Origin: Cenarchaeum sp.
GTDB taxonomy: Archaea; Thermoproteota; Nitrososphaeria; Nitrososphaerales; Nitrosopumilaceae
DNA: 64,000 bases
Direction: 5' to 3'
Assembly: GCA_965206845.1 (NCBI GenBank)
Contig: OZ242221.1
Coordinates: forward strand, 352,001-416,000
Position 1 is the stretch's first letter. Every line of letters begins with the position of its first letter. The notes under the pieces are model-generated. The model was given only the letters and a program-made list of their open reading frames with translations, was not told the DNA's origin and did no database searches. The translations under genes were made by a program, and so were the position numbers. Of the stretch, positions 38,519 through 48,875 are shown in pieces.

Positions 38519-39151
38519 TTATGCCACCTGGCTTACCAGCTCTTTAAAGCCGGATATTCGGTTTGAGAGCTCTTCTACTGCCGAGAGTACGATCTGCTCC
38601 GGCGGTAGCGCCCCGGTGGACTCGACGGTCAGGATCCTCTCCTCGTCCTCGTCTGTCTCGGTCAGCACGGCGATGTTTGCCGAGTTCCACTTTGCGTGCT
38701 CGGTGCCGCGCCCCAGGCGCGCGTAGGCGTCTATCCATACCTTCTGCCCCGGTGCCAGAACCACGATCGGGATATCAGCAGACACAGGCTTTACAAACCT
38801 GTCCTCAGACGTCAGCTCGCCGGAGAGGACGGTTCTGGTGGCGTCAGACTCCTCCAGGTCCAGTATCAGCATCACCTTGCTGGTGTCGTGATCGGTATCC
38901 ACGCTTTTGAGCTCCTTGAACTCGGTGAGATCTGTCTTCAGCGGAATCAGCCCCAGCCTGTGGGCGAGGGCCTCGTCTGCCATGACCGAGGAGTTCTCCC
39001 TCACCGACACCTTGTCTATGGCAAAGACCGGAACGCCGTTGAGACATATCCTCCTTATGGCATTGGCGTAGGGAAGCGGAATGTTCCTCATCATTATCGA
39101 GATCCTTCTCTCATCCTTGCTGATTACCTCTAGAGAAGACAAATCACTCAA
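38519..39151 (-). CDS. rpoD: DNA-directed RNA polymerase subunit D (Rpo3)
   Basis: ANAIRR, NSSVMADEALAHRLGLIPL, GRGTEHAKW, VESTGAL. Confidence 0.95.
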   Translation of the reverse strand: MSDLSSLEVISKDERRISIMMRNIPLPYANAIRRICLNGVPVFAIDKVSVRENSSVMADEALAHRLGLIPLKTDLTEFKELKSVDTDHDTSKVMLILDLEESDATRTVLSGELTSEDRFVKPVSADIPIVVLAPGQKVWIDAYARLGRGTEHAKWNSANIAVLTETDEDEERILTVESTGALPPEQIVLSAVEELSNRISGFKELVSQVA

Positions 39152-39376
39152 AAACGCCCAAGTCCAAATAAAAATCTAGCTGGTTTTGTAGGTGCGACAT
39201 GCCGGGGAGGCAGACCGGGCCGCAGGAGCTGCTTCAGAGACGCGTTACCCTGCGAACCCAAGACGCGCGCCAGCGCCCGGTGGCGGCCAGCTGCCCCACT
39301 AAGACCGGAGCCGTGCGCCGCCATCCTGGAAACGCGATCTGCCGCGGCGCGACTCTCCGCAGCCCGAAAGAACCCA

Positions 39377-39386
39377 TATATAAATA
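39377..39386 (+). promoter_or_regulatory. TATA box of the exosome operon
   Basis: TATATAAATA about 24 nt upstream of the SBDS ATG, preceded by purine-rich BRE-like bases. Confidence 0.6.
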
Positions 39387-39409
39387 ACCGACTGCCGACA
39401 GGATGATCC

Positions 39410-40096
39410 ATGACGGACGTAACCGTGGTCAGGTTCTCGTTTGAGGGGAACAAGTTCGAGATCCTGGTCAGGCCGGATCCTGCGCTGGACTACAAGCTGG
39501 GAAGGAAGAAGGACATGTCCGCAGTCATGGTGTCTGATGAGATCTACACCGATTCTGGCAGGGGAACCCGGGCGTCGTCTGAGAAGATCCTCAAGGCGTT
39601 TGGAACGGAGGATCACGCAGAGGTGGCAAGGCGCATACTGGAGAAGGGCGATCTCAACCTCACCACGGACCAGAGGCGCAAGATGATAGAGGAGAAGCGG
39701 AGGCAGCTGGTGACGCACATCTCCAGAAACTTTGTGGATCCCAGATCCCACCTACCCCACCCGCCCCTGAGAATAGAGCAGGCGATGAAGGACGCCAAGA
39801 TCTCAATCGATCCGCACAGGAGCGCAGACGAGCAGGTAAAGGAGACAGTCGAGAAGCTTCGAAGGATCATCCCCCTCAAGACAGAGAACCTCGATCTGGA
39901 GATCGTCGTGCCCGCGCAGTACGTGGCCCGATCCTATTCGATCCTCAAATCCACCGGACAGCTCAAGCGCGAGGACTGGCTTCCCAACGGCTCCCTAAAA
40001 GCAATACTTGAAATATCCGCCGCAGCAAGGCCAACTGTGATAGACCGATTGGGCTCGATTACAAAGGGCACCGCCACGGTGGAGATGGTTCGCTGA
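39410..40096 (+). CDS. Ribosome maturation factor SBDS/Sdo1
   Basis: KFEILVRPD, EIYTD, LTTDQRR, PHPPLRIEQAM. Confidence 0.92.
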   Translation: MTDVTVVRFSFEGNKFEILVRPDPALDYKLGRKKDMSAVMVSDEIYTDSGRGTRASSEKILKAFGTEDHAEVARRILEKGDLNLTTDQRRKMIEEKRRQLVTHISRNFVDPRSHLPHPPLRIEQAMKDAKISIDPHRSADEQVKETVEKLRRIIPLKTENLDLEIVVPAQYVARSYSILKSTGQLKREDWLPNGSLKAILEISAAARPTVIDRLGSITKGTATVEMVR

Positions 40097-40776
40097 TGGA
40101 TCCAATAAAGAGAAAGTACGTGATCCCCGGAGACACAATCACAAGCGGCCCCTACAGGCCTGAGCAGAACGTAACGATGCGCGGCAAGAACATTGTTGCA
40201 ACGACGGTCGGAATATCCGAGATATTTGACAACACCGTAAGGGTCATCCCGCTTACGGGAAAGTACTACCCAAAGATCAACGATCTGGTAATCGGCAAGG
40301 TGACCACAAACACATCCCTCTCATGGGAGCTGGACATCAGCTCCTCGTACGTGGGGGTGCTTCCTGCATCAGACGTGTTTGGCAGGAACTTTTCCGCGCA
40401 CGCCGACGAGCTATTCTCAAAGCTCCGGCCCGGTGACCTGGTGGCAACCAGGGTGGCAAACTTTGACAGGACGCGGGATCCGCTTCTCACCGTGTCAGAC
40501 ATGGATCTGGGAAAGATCGACTCGGGAGACCTTGTGGAGATATCTCCAAGCAAGGTGCCAAGGCTGATTGGAAAGCGGGGAAGCATGGTTCAGATAATAG
40601 AGAACGCAACAGGAACTACGATCACCATAGGCCAGAACGGCAGGATCGTGGTGGCAGGAGAGGATCCGGATGGGTTATTAAAGGCAAAGAAGGCCATCCA
40701 GTTGATAAATGAAAAGGCGCACGTTGCAAACCTTACCGAACAGGTCAGGAAGATGCTAGAGACAAAGGGCGATTAA
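40096..40776 (+). CDS. rrp4: Exosome RNA-binding subunit Rrp4
   Basis: VIPGD, YYPKINDLVIG, KH motif VPRLIGKRGSM, IGQNG. Confidence 0.92.
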   Translation: MDPIKRKYVIPGDTITSGPYRPEQNVTMRGKNIVATTVGISEIFDNTVRVIPLTGKYYPKINDLVIGKVTTNTSLSWELDISSSYVGVLPASDVFGRNFSAHADELFSKLRPGDLVATRVANFDRTRDPLLTVSDMDLGKIDSGDLVEISPSKVPRLIGKRGSMVQIIENATGTTITIGQNGRIVVAGEDPDGLLKAKKAIQLINEKAHVANLTEQVRKMLETKGD

Positions 40777-40777
40777 A

Positions 40778-41512
40778 ATGGGCGGAAGAGATTCAACTAT
40801 GGTTCTGCTGGACAAGAACGGCATCCGTTGCGACGGGCGCAAGATCGACGAGCCGCGCAAGATCATGATAAAGGCAGGAGTTCTCAAGAACGCCAACGGC
40901 TCTGCATACATCGAGTTTGGCGACAACAAGATCATGTGCGGGGTGTATGGACCCAGGGACGTGCACCCAAAACACATGGCAAACTCAAGTACCGGAATAC
41001 TCAGGTGCCGCTACCACATGGTGCCGTACTCTGTCAGTGAGAGAAAGAACCCAGCCCCGTCAAGAAGGGAGATCGAGATATCCAAGGTGATAAAGGAGGC
41101 GCTGGAACCGGCAGTCATGCTGGAGAGGTTTCCGCGGACGGCAGTTGACGTATTCATCGAAGTGCTGCAGGCAGACGGTGGATCGCGGTGCGCGGCGCTA
41201 GACGCGGCATCAGTTGCGCTGGCAGACGCGGGGATTCCCATGAGGGACATGGTATCGGCGTGCGCTGCCGGCAAGGTCGCGGACACCGTTGTTCTTGACG
41301 TAAACAACGAGGAGGATCAGGCAGGCCAGGCGGACATGCCCATCGGCTACATGCCAAACCTTGAAAAGGTCACCCTGCTTCAGCTGGACGGCATCATGAG
41401 CCCCAAGGAGTACAAGGAGTGCATCGAGACCGGAATCAAGGGATGCAAGATAGTATACGAGATACAAAAGAAGGCGCTCAACGAGCGGTACTTTGGAGAT
41501 GACCACAAATGA
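40778..41512 (+). CDS. rrp41: Exosome exonuclease Rrp41
   Basis: RCDGR, GSAYIEFG, VYGPR, SRREIEIS, QADGGSRCA. Confidence 0.95.
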   Translation: MGGRDSTMVLLDKNGIRCDGRKIDEPRKIMIKAGVLKNANGSAYIEFGDNKIMCGVYGPRDVHPKHMANSSTGILRCRYHMVPYSVSERKNPAPSRREIEISKVIKEALEPAVMLERFPRTAVDVFIEVLQADGGSRCAALDAASVALADAGIPMRDMVSACAAGKVADTVVLDVNNEEDQAGQADMPIGYMPNLEKVTLLQLDGIMSPKEYKECIETGIKGCKIVYEIQKKALNERYFGDDHK

Positions 41513-42318
41513 CGACCACGGTGGTTCTCGATCAGCTAAAGAAGGACAAGATAGTCGAGCTGCTAGACCAGGGCAAGAGGATAGACGGCCGGGCCTTTGA
41601 CGAGACAAGGGAGATCATCATCGAGGCAGGCGTAATACCCAAGGCCAACGGCTCTGCCCGCGTTCACCTCGGAAGCACCGACGTGATCTGCGGCATAAAG
41701 ATACAGCCCGACAGGCCGTTTCCCGACGTGGGCGACAAGGGCATCTTCATCTGCACCGCCGAGCTGCTTCCGCTCTCACACCCCACAGTAGAGACCGGAC
41801 CCCCCAACCCGACAGTGATCGAGCTGGCCCGGGTAGTGGACCGCGGAATACGGGAGAGCAAGATGATCGACCTGACGCAGCTGGTAATAAAGAAGGACAA
41901 GTCGGTGGTGGGCGTGTTCGCCGACAACACCGTGATTGACTATGACGGAAACCTCTTTGATGCCTGCTCCTATGCCGCCACCGCGGCAGTGCTGTCCTCC
42001 AAGATGCCCCGGTGGGAGATCAAGGACGACGTGCCGACGCTGATAGACGACGAGAAGGTTGACCTGCCGGTCAGTACGATTCCCGTGTCGGTTACCATGG
42101 GCAGGATAGGCAAGCACATCATCGTTGACCCGACAGGCGACGAGTGGGACTGCCTTGACGCCAGAATCACAATCACCAGCAACTCTGACGGCAACATCTG
42201 CGCCCTGCAAAAGGGTGGCAAGAACGGCTTTACCGTGGAAGAGCTCGTAGAGTGCGGCAAGACCGCAGTGAAGCTGGCCGACAAGATAAGGACGATCTTA
42301 AAAGGGACTCAAGAGTAG
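41509..42318 (+). CDS. rrp42: Exosome subunit Rrp42
   Basis: RIDGR, ANGSARV, IELARVVDRGIRES, DGNLFDA, LQKGG. Confidence 0.95.
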   Translation: MTTTVVLDQLKKDKIVELLDQGKRIDGRAFDETREIIIEAGVIPKANGSARVHLGSTDVICGIKIQPDRPFPDVGDKGIFICTAELLPLSHPTVETGPPNPTVIELARVVDRGIRESKMIDLTQLVIKKDKSVVGVFADNTVIDYDGNLFDACSYAATAAVLSSKMPRWEIKDDVPTLIDDEKVDLPVSTIPVSVTMGRIGKHIIVDPTGDEWDCLDARITITSNSDGNICALQKGGKNGFTVEELVECGKTAVKLADKIRTILKGTQE

Positions 42319-42319
42319 C

Positions 42320-42529
42320 ATGGCCAAGAGAAAGTCTCTCAGGGGACTCGGCGCAAGGTACGGCATCAAGCTGAGAAAGCAGTACTCGAAGATACACTTT
42401 CAGCTCAAGCAGGAGAGGGTGTGCCCGGAGTGCGGCTCGAAGAAGTTCGGGCGTACCGCGGTGGGAATCTGGGAATGCCGCCGGTGCAACTTCAAGGTGG
42501 CCGGTACCGCATATGACATCAAGATTTAG
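42320..42529 (+). CDS. rpl37ae: 50S ribosomal protein L37ae
   Basis: GARYG, CPECG, AVGIWECRRC. Confidence 0.92.
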   Translation: MAKRKSLRGLGARYGIKLRKQYSKIHFQLKQERVCPECGSKKFGRTAVGIWECRRCNFKVAGTAYDIKI

Positions 42530-42773
42530 TGCCAGGGTTACCGTGGATCTCGGGGAGAAGAACCGGGCCGTATACGAATCCATAAACGCAGACAACATGT
42601 TCTATCCGGAGAACCCCACAGAGACCGTCATGTCACTGTCAGATGAGGTGGTTGCAGACATTCGGTCGGACCAGATATCCCACCTGAGGGCGAACCTCAA
42701 CTCGCTTCTGCGCCTGATTCAGGCAAGCGCAAAATCTATCGAGTCCGCAGCCAGGCCACCCGACGGCCCGTGA
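42513..42773 (+). CDS. pcc1: KEOPS complex subunit Pcc1
   Basis: LRANLNSLLRLI motif and conserved position between rpl37ae and pfdB. Confidence 0.75.
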   Translation: MTSRFSARVTVDLGEKNRAVYESINADNMFYPENPTETVMSLSDEVVADIRSDQISHLRANLNSLLRLIQASAKSIESAARPPDGP

Positions 42774-42822
42774 TCCGGGCAGCGTGACAAGGTATAATAG
42801 AACATCGGCCGCGCCGTATCCT

Positions 42823-43203
42823 ATGTCAGGCCAACAGATGCCGCCGTGGCTGCGGGAGCAGCTGATGAATATGCAGCAGGCACAGCAGAACCTGCAGTCG
42901 ATCATGGCTCAAAAGCAGCAGCTGGACGTGGAGCGGATGGAGACTGACCGGGCCCTAGAGGAGCTCCAGAAGGCGTCTGACGAGGACACAATCTACAAGC
43001 ACGCAGGGAGCGTCCTGGTGAGATACTCAAGAAAGGACATCGTAGACGAGCTGGAAGAGAAGAGGATGCTGGCAAAGACGCGCCACGACGTACTGGAAAA
43101 GCAGGAAGCCCGGCTAAAGGAGTCCCTCAAGGAACAAGAGGCAAAGCTGAACGAGGCCATGAGGGGCCAACAGGCGGGCCCCGATCCGCACCAACGTAAA
43201 TAA
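42823..43203 (+). CDS. pfdB: Prefoldin beta subunit
   Basis: QMPPW, coiled coils flanking IYKHAGSVLV; start at MSGQQ. Confidence 0.9.
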   Translation: MSGQQMPPWLREQLMNMQQAQQNLQSIMAQKQQLDVERMETDRALEELQKASDEDTIYKHAGSVLVRYSRKDIVDELEEKRMLAKTRHDVLEKQEARLKESLKEQEAKLNEAMRGQQAGPDPHQRK

Positions 43204-43225
43204 CCGACAGCCTTTTCATCACACT

Positions 43226-43912
43226 GTGGCAGGACTCAAGGGTCTGCGCATAGTAGCAGACGAGAGGGAGAAGAAGAGCAGGATTCCCCAGCTGCTCAAG
43301 AATCTGGGGCTTGATGTCGAGGTCGTGACGCTGCCGGTGGGCGACTACATCGTGGCGCCAGAGACGGTAGTCGAGCGCAAGAGCGTCCACGACTTTATAT
43401 CGTCGGTCTTTGACGGCCGGCTTCTGGATCAGTGCCACAGGCTCAAGGAGAACTATACGGATCCCGTCATCATACTGGAGGGGAACATAGACGAGATAGA
43501 GGAGATCGTCGACAACCCCATGGTGTTCTACGGCTCGATGAGGCGGGTCGCAATGGAGTTCAAGATTCCGATACTGCCCACGCCCAGCGCGTACCACACC
43601 GCAAGGCTGCTAGTGGCGCTGTGCAAGAAGCAGGAACACACGCCGGGGCCGTTTCTGAAGAAGATAAAAAAGTCATCGGACCTGCAGCGCCAGCAGCTGT
43701 CAGCCCTTGGGAGCCTTCCAGGGGTAGGGGAGAAGCTGGCAGCCAGGATGCTTGAGAGGTTCGGCTCCCCGCTTGACGCCTTCAACGCTACGCTGGCAGA
43801 CCTATCAAAGGTGGAGGGACTCGGCGAGGCGCGGGCAAAGAAGATCAGGGCAATGCTCAAGAAGAAGACAGGCCGCACGGGGAGCACTGGACAGAAGAGG
43901 CTTGGCGAGTAG
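43226..43912 (+). CDS. xpf: ERCC4/XPF-type structure-specific nuclease with HhH domains
   Basis: IVADERE, GDYIV, VVERKS, LPGVG and VEGLG HhH motifs. Confidence 0.9.
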   Translation: MAGLKGLRIVADEREKKSRIPQLLKNLGLDVEVVTLPVGDYIVAPETVVERKSVHDFISSVFDGRLLDQCHRLKENYTDPVIILEGNIDEIEEIVDNPMVFYGSMRRVAMEFKIPILPTPSAYHTARLLVALCKKQEHTPGPFLKKIKKSSDLQRQQLSALGSLPGVGEKLAARMLERFGSPLDAFNATLADLSKVEGLGEARAKKIRAMLKKKTGRTGSTGQKRLGE

Positions 43913-44207
43913 CGCCGGCAGGGCTTGCCGTCGGGATCTCTGCCGCTCGTAAAGCATGCTGCGGGATCCAGAAGGCCGTTCCCGCTTGACACGGTATCTT
44001 TCGCTTGCCGGCTCGTCAGCAGCTACCTTCTTGGTGAGCGGCTACGCGGCCCTGATCGGCGGCGCATCCCTGCATTGCCACCGCACCCTTGCCGGCGTGC
44101 ATCCTAATGCGATGTGGTCGGTATCTAGTGACGATCACAGGTTCGTATCAGGCCAAGGCGACACCATGATTGACACGATTAAATAAAATGAGACGCATAA
44201 GACAGTC

Positions 44208-44960
44208 ATGTTCAGATCATACAGGTGGGTTGTGGAGAACCTTCACAATCCCGATGTTATAGTACTGGACTCCCGGCAGGAGACGGCGTACAGGTACGGC
44301 CACATACCAGGCTCCCAGTCGCTGATGCTGGACAGGGTGATAAGGCCTGACAGGTACGGCGCCAACCTGGCACCCGACGCGCAGCAAGCCGCAGACGTGT
44401 TTGGCAAAGCGGGGATAGACAAGACAAAGACGGTGGTGGTAACAGGCGACCTCATGGACCCGTCTGCCGCTCGCATAGCCTGGACGCTGAACTACTTTGG
44501 ACACAAGAAGACGTTTCTCATGGAGGATCCGGGGGAGCTGTGGAGGAACAGCTCCAAGATGACAAGGAGGCCGGCAGAGGTCGCGCCCGCCAGGTTCGTC
44601 CCGGAGGTCGACCCCCTCATCAGGACAGACGCGGCAGCAATCCAGGACGGCACCGGCATCACGCTGATTGACGCCCGGAGTCCGCAGGAGTACATGGGAG
44701 GGCACCTGCCCGGCTCGATCCTCATTCCGTTCACAGACGGGCTGGGAACCGACGGCAGGCTGTTTCTGGACGGGAACCGGCTGGAAAGAATGTTCCGATC
44801 CCGCGGTGTCGACGGCGAGGAAAGGATCGTGTGCTACTGCATGCACGGCCACAGGGCATCCAGCCTGTACTTTCAGCTCAGGACTGCGGGGTTTGGAGAT
44901 GTGGTCCTCTATGACGGCTCGTTTGCGGACTGGTACGGGAGGGGGCTACCGCTTGTGTAG
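44208..44960 (+). CDS. Rhodanese / sulfurtransferase
   Basis: YGHIPG, LIDARSPQEY, GHLPG, active-site YCMHGHRAS, YDGSFADW. Confidence 0.9.
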   Translation: MFRSYRWVVENLHNPDVIVLDSRQETAYRYGHIPGSQSLMLDRVIRPDRYGANLAPDAQQAADVFGKAGIDKTKTVVVTGDLMDPSAARIAWTLNYFGHKKTFLMEDPGELWRNSSKMTRRPAEVAPARFVPEVDPLIRTDAAAIQDGTGITLIDARSPQEYMGGHLPGSILIPFTDGLGTDGRLFLDGNRLERMFRSRGVDGEERIVCYCMHGHRASSLYFQLRTAGFGDVVLYDGSFADWYGRGLPLV

Positions 44961-45467
44961 TCTTCTTTTCAGCGCATTTCCGCACAGCGGGCACTCCCGG
45001 GAATTCTGGAAGCCCTTCTTGCACCCGATACAGTAGTAGACCCACCTGCCGACGGTGCGTATCCCGCCGGTCATCAGGGGTATGACGGGCATCATGAGAT
45101 TTCTTGCCACATTTGACACCGCAAAGTCATCGGTCACCAGCTGGCCGCCCCGCTCCATGCACAGCGCAAGGACCGAGATGTCCTGCTCTGAGAGGTGGCC
45201 GTGATCCCCGGTCTCCCTAGCTTTTGAGATGATCCGCTCCGTTGCGCCGGCGCCTGCCCGCTCCACTGTCAGCCTGCCCGTATGGATCAGGGTCCCCAAG
45301 GCATCCTGCGCCCTTTTGATGTGCCTTACCTCGTCGAAGACCTGCGGCGTGGTGGCAAACCTCTCCGCTGACCTAAAGGGCAGGCCGGCATAAAACGCGC
45401 TGGCATCCAGAATCTTACACGAGTCCGGGGGATCGTCCCCTTGGGTGCCGTGGCTCATCGCCTGCAC
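44946..45467 (-). CDS. nob1: Nob1-like PIN-domain nuclease with zinc ribbon
   Basis: ILDASAF, LSEQD, LVTDDFAVSN, CIGC...CPLCG; true start may lie a little downstream. Confidence 0.85.
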   Translation of the reverse strand: MQAMSHGTQGDDPPDSCKILDASAFYAGLPFRSAERFATTPQVFDEVRHIKRAQDALGTLIHTGRLTVERAGAGATERIISKARETGDHGHLSEQDISVLALCMERGGQLVTDDFAVSNVARNLMMPVIPLMTGGIRTVGRWVYYCIGCKKGFQNSRECPLCGNALKRRLHKR

Positions 45468-45559
45468 CCGGCCGGCATTCCCGCAGTCTGCTGGTGCCGC
45501 GCGCCCCCAAGCCGGCGGTTCGGCAGTATGGCATCACAGGACAGGACAGGCGACATCTG

Positions 45560-46375
45560 CTAGAACCCGAGCTTGCTCATCTGCCGCAGGCCGCGCTTCT
45601 TGAGCCTCACAAACGTGGCGGGCGTGTTGTATTTTTTAATGGTGATCGTCTCCCCAAACCCGGCGGACTTGATCACCTGCGCGTCCATGACAACGCTGCA
45701 GTCGTGCGAGCAGACAATCTCGATCTTCTCGTCGGGCACGACGATGGACTCAAGCCGGTACACCGGGGCCACGGGCGTGATTATCAGCACATCTAGGCTC
45801 TCGTGCAGGATAGGGCCGCCCAGGGAGAACGAGTGGCCCGTGGACCCGCTGGGGGTAGCGATTATCACCCCGTCCATCTTCTGCTTGACGTAGTCGTTCT
45901 GAAACTTTATCTCGATCTCTGCCGTCTTGGTAAGGTTCTTCCGCTGGATGAGGATCTCGTTTAGCGCCGGCGCAAACTCTTCTCCCCCGATGGAGGCCAC
46001 GACCCTGGTGCGCCTCTCCAGTATTATCCTGTCCGATGCGATCTGCCTTATGGCCGAGTCCAGCTCGTCCATCGTGATCTCCGCAAGGATCCCCCTGTTG
46101 CCGCCCACGTTTATCGTAAGGAGCGGGGTGACGTCATCCAGGCCTCGAAAGGTCCGCAGGGTGGTACCGTCTCCCCCCATGGTAACTGCCAGATCCAGGT
46201 TCTCCGTCCGCAGGTCCGCTATGCTGTCTGCCCTCTCTGCCCCGTCCACCGACACAGGCGAGATCGTAAAGACCTTGGCCCTTCTCTTCAGGAACTTTGT
46301 TGCGACCATCTTGGCCGCATCTTCGGACACCTTGGAGCCAAACTTGCTGATGATCGCCACTCTGTTTAACTTCAA
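45560..46375 (-). CDS. ppnK: NAD kinase
   Basis: MGGDGT, ALNE, DGVIIATPSGSTGHSFSLGGP; TTG start at MKLNRV. Confidence 0.92.
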   Translation of the reverse strand: MKLNRVAIISKFGSKVSEDAAKMVATKFLKRRAKVFTISPVSVDGAERADSIADLRTENLDLAVTMGGDGTTLRTFRGLDDVTPLLTINVGGNRGILAEITMDELDSAIRQIASDRIILERRTRVVASIGGEEFAPALNEILIQRKNLTKTAEIEIKFQNDYVKQKMDGVIIATPSGSTGHSFSLGGPILHESLDVLIITPVAPVYRLESIVVPDEKIEIVCSHDCSVVMDAQVIKSAGFGETITIKKYNTPATFVRLKKRGLRQMSKLGF

Positions 46376-46583
46376 CCACCTCACGATACCCGCGTTTACT
46401 TAAAAATGGATAGCCCGGCGCCAAGGCCGCGTCACGCAAAGCAGGGCTGCTGCGCGCGTGCCGCAGGTGCAGGATCGGCGCCGGCGCAGCGACGCACCCC
46501 CGCCGCAGAACCATGGGACGGAGACCGCCCAGATGCCGGTCGCTACAAAAGAGAATTAAACCCGGTAGAGGAGAGTGCGGTAA

Positions 46584-47402
46584 ATGAGCTACAACCCAAG
46601 GGGTGATCTTGAGAGGTTCCTGGCAGAAGACATCGGGAGCGGTGACATCACAAGCGATCTCCTCTCCCCTGGAACGATGTCTGCGAGGATCGTCGCAAAG
46701 GAGGCGGGCGTCCTGGCAGGCATCGGGTTTGCGGCCCAGATATTCGAGATCGGCGGAGCGTCGGCGTCGGCCACATGGGGCGACGGGGATGCCATTGAGT
46801 CAGATGACGTGGTGCTGGAGGTTGCAGGCACCGCACGCGCGGTCCTCTCGTCTGAGAGGACCGCCCTCAACCTGCTCTCCAGAATGAGCGGCATAGCGAC
46901 ACAGACCCGCGCCCTGACAGAGAGGATCAGGGGCAGCGGGGCGGAGATCTTTGCCACAAGAAAGACCGCCCCGGGGCTCCGGTACTTTGACAAGACTGCA
47001 GTGGAGATTGGGGGCGGCCGGCGGCACAGGATGGCGCTAGACGAGATGGTAATGATAAAGGACAACCATCTTGCGGCAGGAGCGGTACTAGAGGAGGTCA
47101 TCCCCCGGGCAAAGAAGAGACACCACAGAATCGAGGTGGAGGTTGAGAGCACCGCTGACGCCATCACGGCGGCAGAGTGCGGCGCGAACATCATAATGCT
47201 GGACAACTTTACCCCGGAGCAGGTGGCCGCGGCCCTGAAGGCCCTAGAGGACGGCGGGCTCCGGGGCCGGGTCAAGGTGGAAGCGTCAGGCAGAATCAAC
47301 GAGGAGAATGTCGCCCTCTATGCCAGAACCGGCGTGGACATGATATCGTCTGGGGCCATCACGAGCTCGGTCAGGGGCATAGACTTTAGCCTGGAAGTCT
47401 AG
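46584..47402 (+). CDS. nadC: Nicotinate-nucleotide pyrophosphorylase (carboxylating)
   Basis: EDIGSGDITS, ERTALN, TRKTAPG, MIKDNH, EVEVE, IMLDN. Confidence 0.95.
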   Translation: MSYNPRGDLERFLAEDIGSGDITSDLLSPGTMSARIVAKEAGVLAGIGFAAQIFEIGGASASATWGDGDAIESDDVVLEVAGTARAVLSSERTALNLLSRMSGIATQTRALTERIRGSGAEIFATRKTAPGLRYFDKTAVEIGGGRRHRMALDEMVMIKDNHLAAGAVLEEVIPRAKKRHHRIEVEVESTADAITAAECGANIIMLDNFTPEQVAAALKALEDGGLRGRVKVEASGRINEENVALYARTGVDMISSGAITSSVRGIDFSLEV

Positions 47403-47788
47403 GTCCCAGACAGAATCCGCGCAGCCTCCCTGTTCTTTGGGTCCACCTCCTGCACCATGCGGCAGCACTCCTTAGCCTCCTCTGGCTGACCCAGCTCCAA
47501 GTGCGAGCGGGCCTTGAGGATCAAGGCCTCGGTGTCGTATGTGGCCACATCCAGCGACCTTGCAAGGTAGTGGATCGCCTTTTGGTGCTTGCCGCGGATA
47601 TGGTAGATGCTCCCGACTATGAAGAGGATGTCGTTTTCGTGTGGGACCTCTCGGAGCAGATCCAGCCCCGACCTGAGCGCCAGATCGTACTCCTTGCGCT
47701 TTACCAGCCGTCGCAGCTCCTTCTTCTTGTTCCATATGATACCGGCCCTTGTGTCCTTTGGACCGCGGCCGAACAACCCCAGCACCAC
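47399..47788 (-). CDS. Tetratricopeptide-repeat protein
   Basis: Helical repeats with TPR spacing (KAIHYLARSL, ALILKARSHLELG..EA, VDPKN). Confidence 0.75.
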   Translation of the reverse strand: MVLGLFGRGPKDTRAGIIWNKKKELRRLVKRKEYDLALRSGLDLLREVPHENDILFIVGSIYHIRGKHQKAIHYLARSLDVATYDTEALILKARSHLELGQPEEAKECCRMVQEVDPKNREAARILSGT

Positions 47789-47817
47789 TACATGAGACGC
47801 GCGAACGAGTCGTATTT

Positions 47818-48774
47818 TTAGCTTATCGCAAGCATCCGCTCTATGGCCAGGCGCGCCCTGTCTGCCGTCTCCTGGGGAACCTTGACCTCGAACCGGTCAC
47901 GGACCAGCGAGTCGTGCACCCCCTCCAGCGTGATCATCTTCATGTACCGGCACTCCGCCTGGTCCGATGCCGCGGCAAAGTTCTTGCCGGGGTTCTGCTT
48001 TCTCATCCTGTGGAGTATGCCGGTCTCCGTGGCGACCACAAAGTTCCTTGATTTTGACTCCTTGGCATGGCGCATCATGCCCTCGGTGGAGAGCACATGC
48101 AGGTTCTCCCCGGCAAACCTTCCCGATGCCACGTCATACATTATCGGAGTGGTGCAGCCGCACTCCGGGTGGATCATAAACTCCGCCTCGCGCATAGAGT
48201 CAAGCTTCCTCTTCACGTCATCAGGCGTTATTCCCGCATGCACGTGGCACTCGCCTGCCCAGATGTACATGTTCTTTCGCCCGGTCATCTTGGAGACGTA
48301 CGATCCCAGAAACATGTCCGGCAAAAAGAGGATCTCCCTGTCTGCGGGTATGGCCTGCACGACACTCACCGCGTTGGATGACGTGCAGCAGTAGTCAAGC
48401 TCCGCCTTGACTTCTGCCGTAGTGTTGACATATCCCACCGCTATGGCATCAGGGTGCCGCCCCTTCCACTGCCGCAGGTCCTCTGCGGTTATCGTGTCAG
48501 ACAGCGAGCAGCCTGCCTCCAGGCTTGGAATCAGGATCCTCTTGTCCGGGGATATGATCGAGGCGGTCTCTGCCATAAAGTGTACCCCGCAAAACACTAT
48601 GACCTTGCTGTCGGTTCTGGCAGCCTGCCTTGCAAGCCCCAGGGAGTCGCCGACAAAGTCTGCCACGTCCTGCACGTCCGGAATCTGATAGTTGTGGGCA
48701 AGGATCACCGCGTCCCGCTCCCCCTTTAGCCTGATGATCTCGTCGCGCAGCGCGGATGTTTGCTGTACCAGCAT
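47818..48774 (-). CDS. nadA: Quinolinate synthase A
   Basis: ILAHNYQ, FCGVHFMAE, AGCSL, CHVH, HPEC, CRYMK. Confidence 0.95.
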   Translation of the reverse strand: MLVQQTSALRDEIIRLKGERDAVILAHNYQIPDVQDVADFVGDSLGLARQAARTDSKVIVFCGVHFMAETASIISPDKRILIPSLEAGCSLSDTITAEDLRQWKGRHPDAIAVGYVNTTAEVKAELDYCCTSSNAVSVVQAIPADREILFLPDMFLGSYVSKMTGRKNMYIWAGECHVHAGITPDDVKRKLDSMREAEFMIHPECGCTTPIMYDVASGRFAGENLHVLSTEGMMRHAKESKSRNFVVATETGILHRMRKQNPGKNFAAASDQAECRYMKMITLEGVHDSLVRDRFEVKVPQETADRARLAIERMLAIS

Positions 48775-48875
48775 GAACTCTAGAATTAAGCTGTCCCGGG
48801 AATTTAAAGAATAGGATACTGCCGGTTATCTCCGCCAAACGGTATAACGGCGGCAATAATTGCCCCTTTGGACGG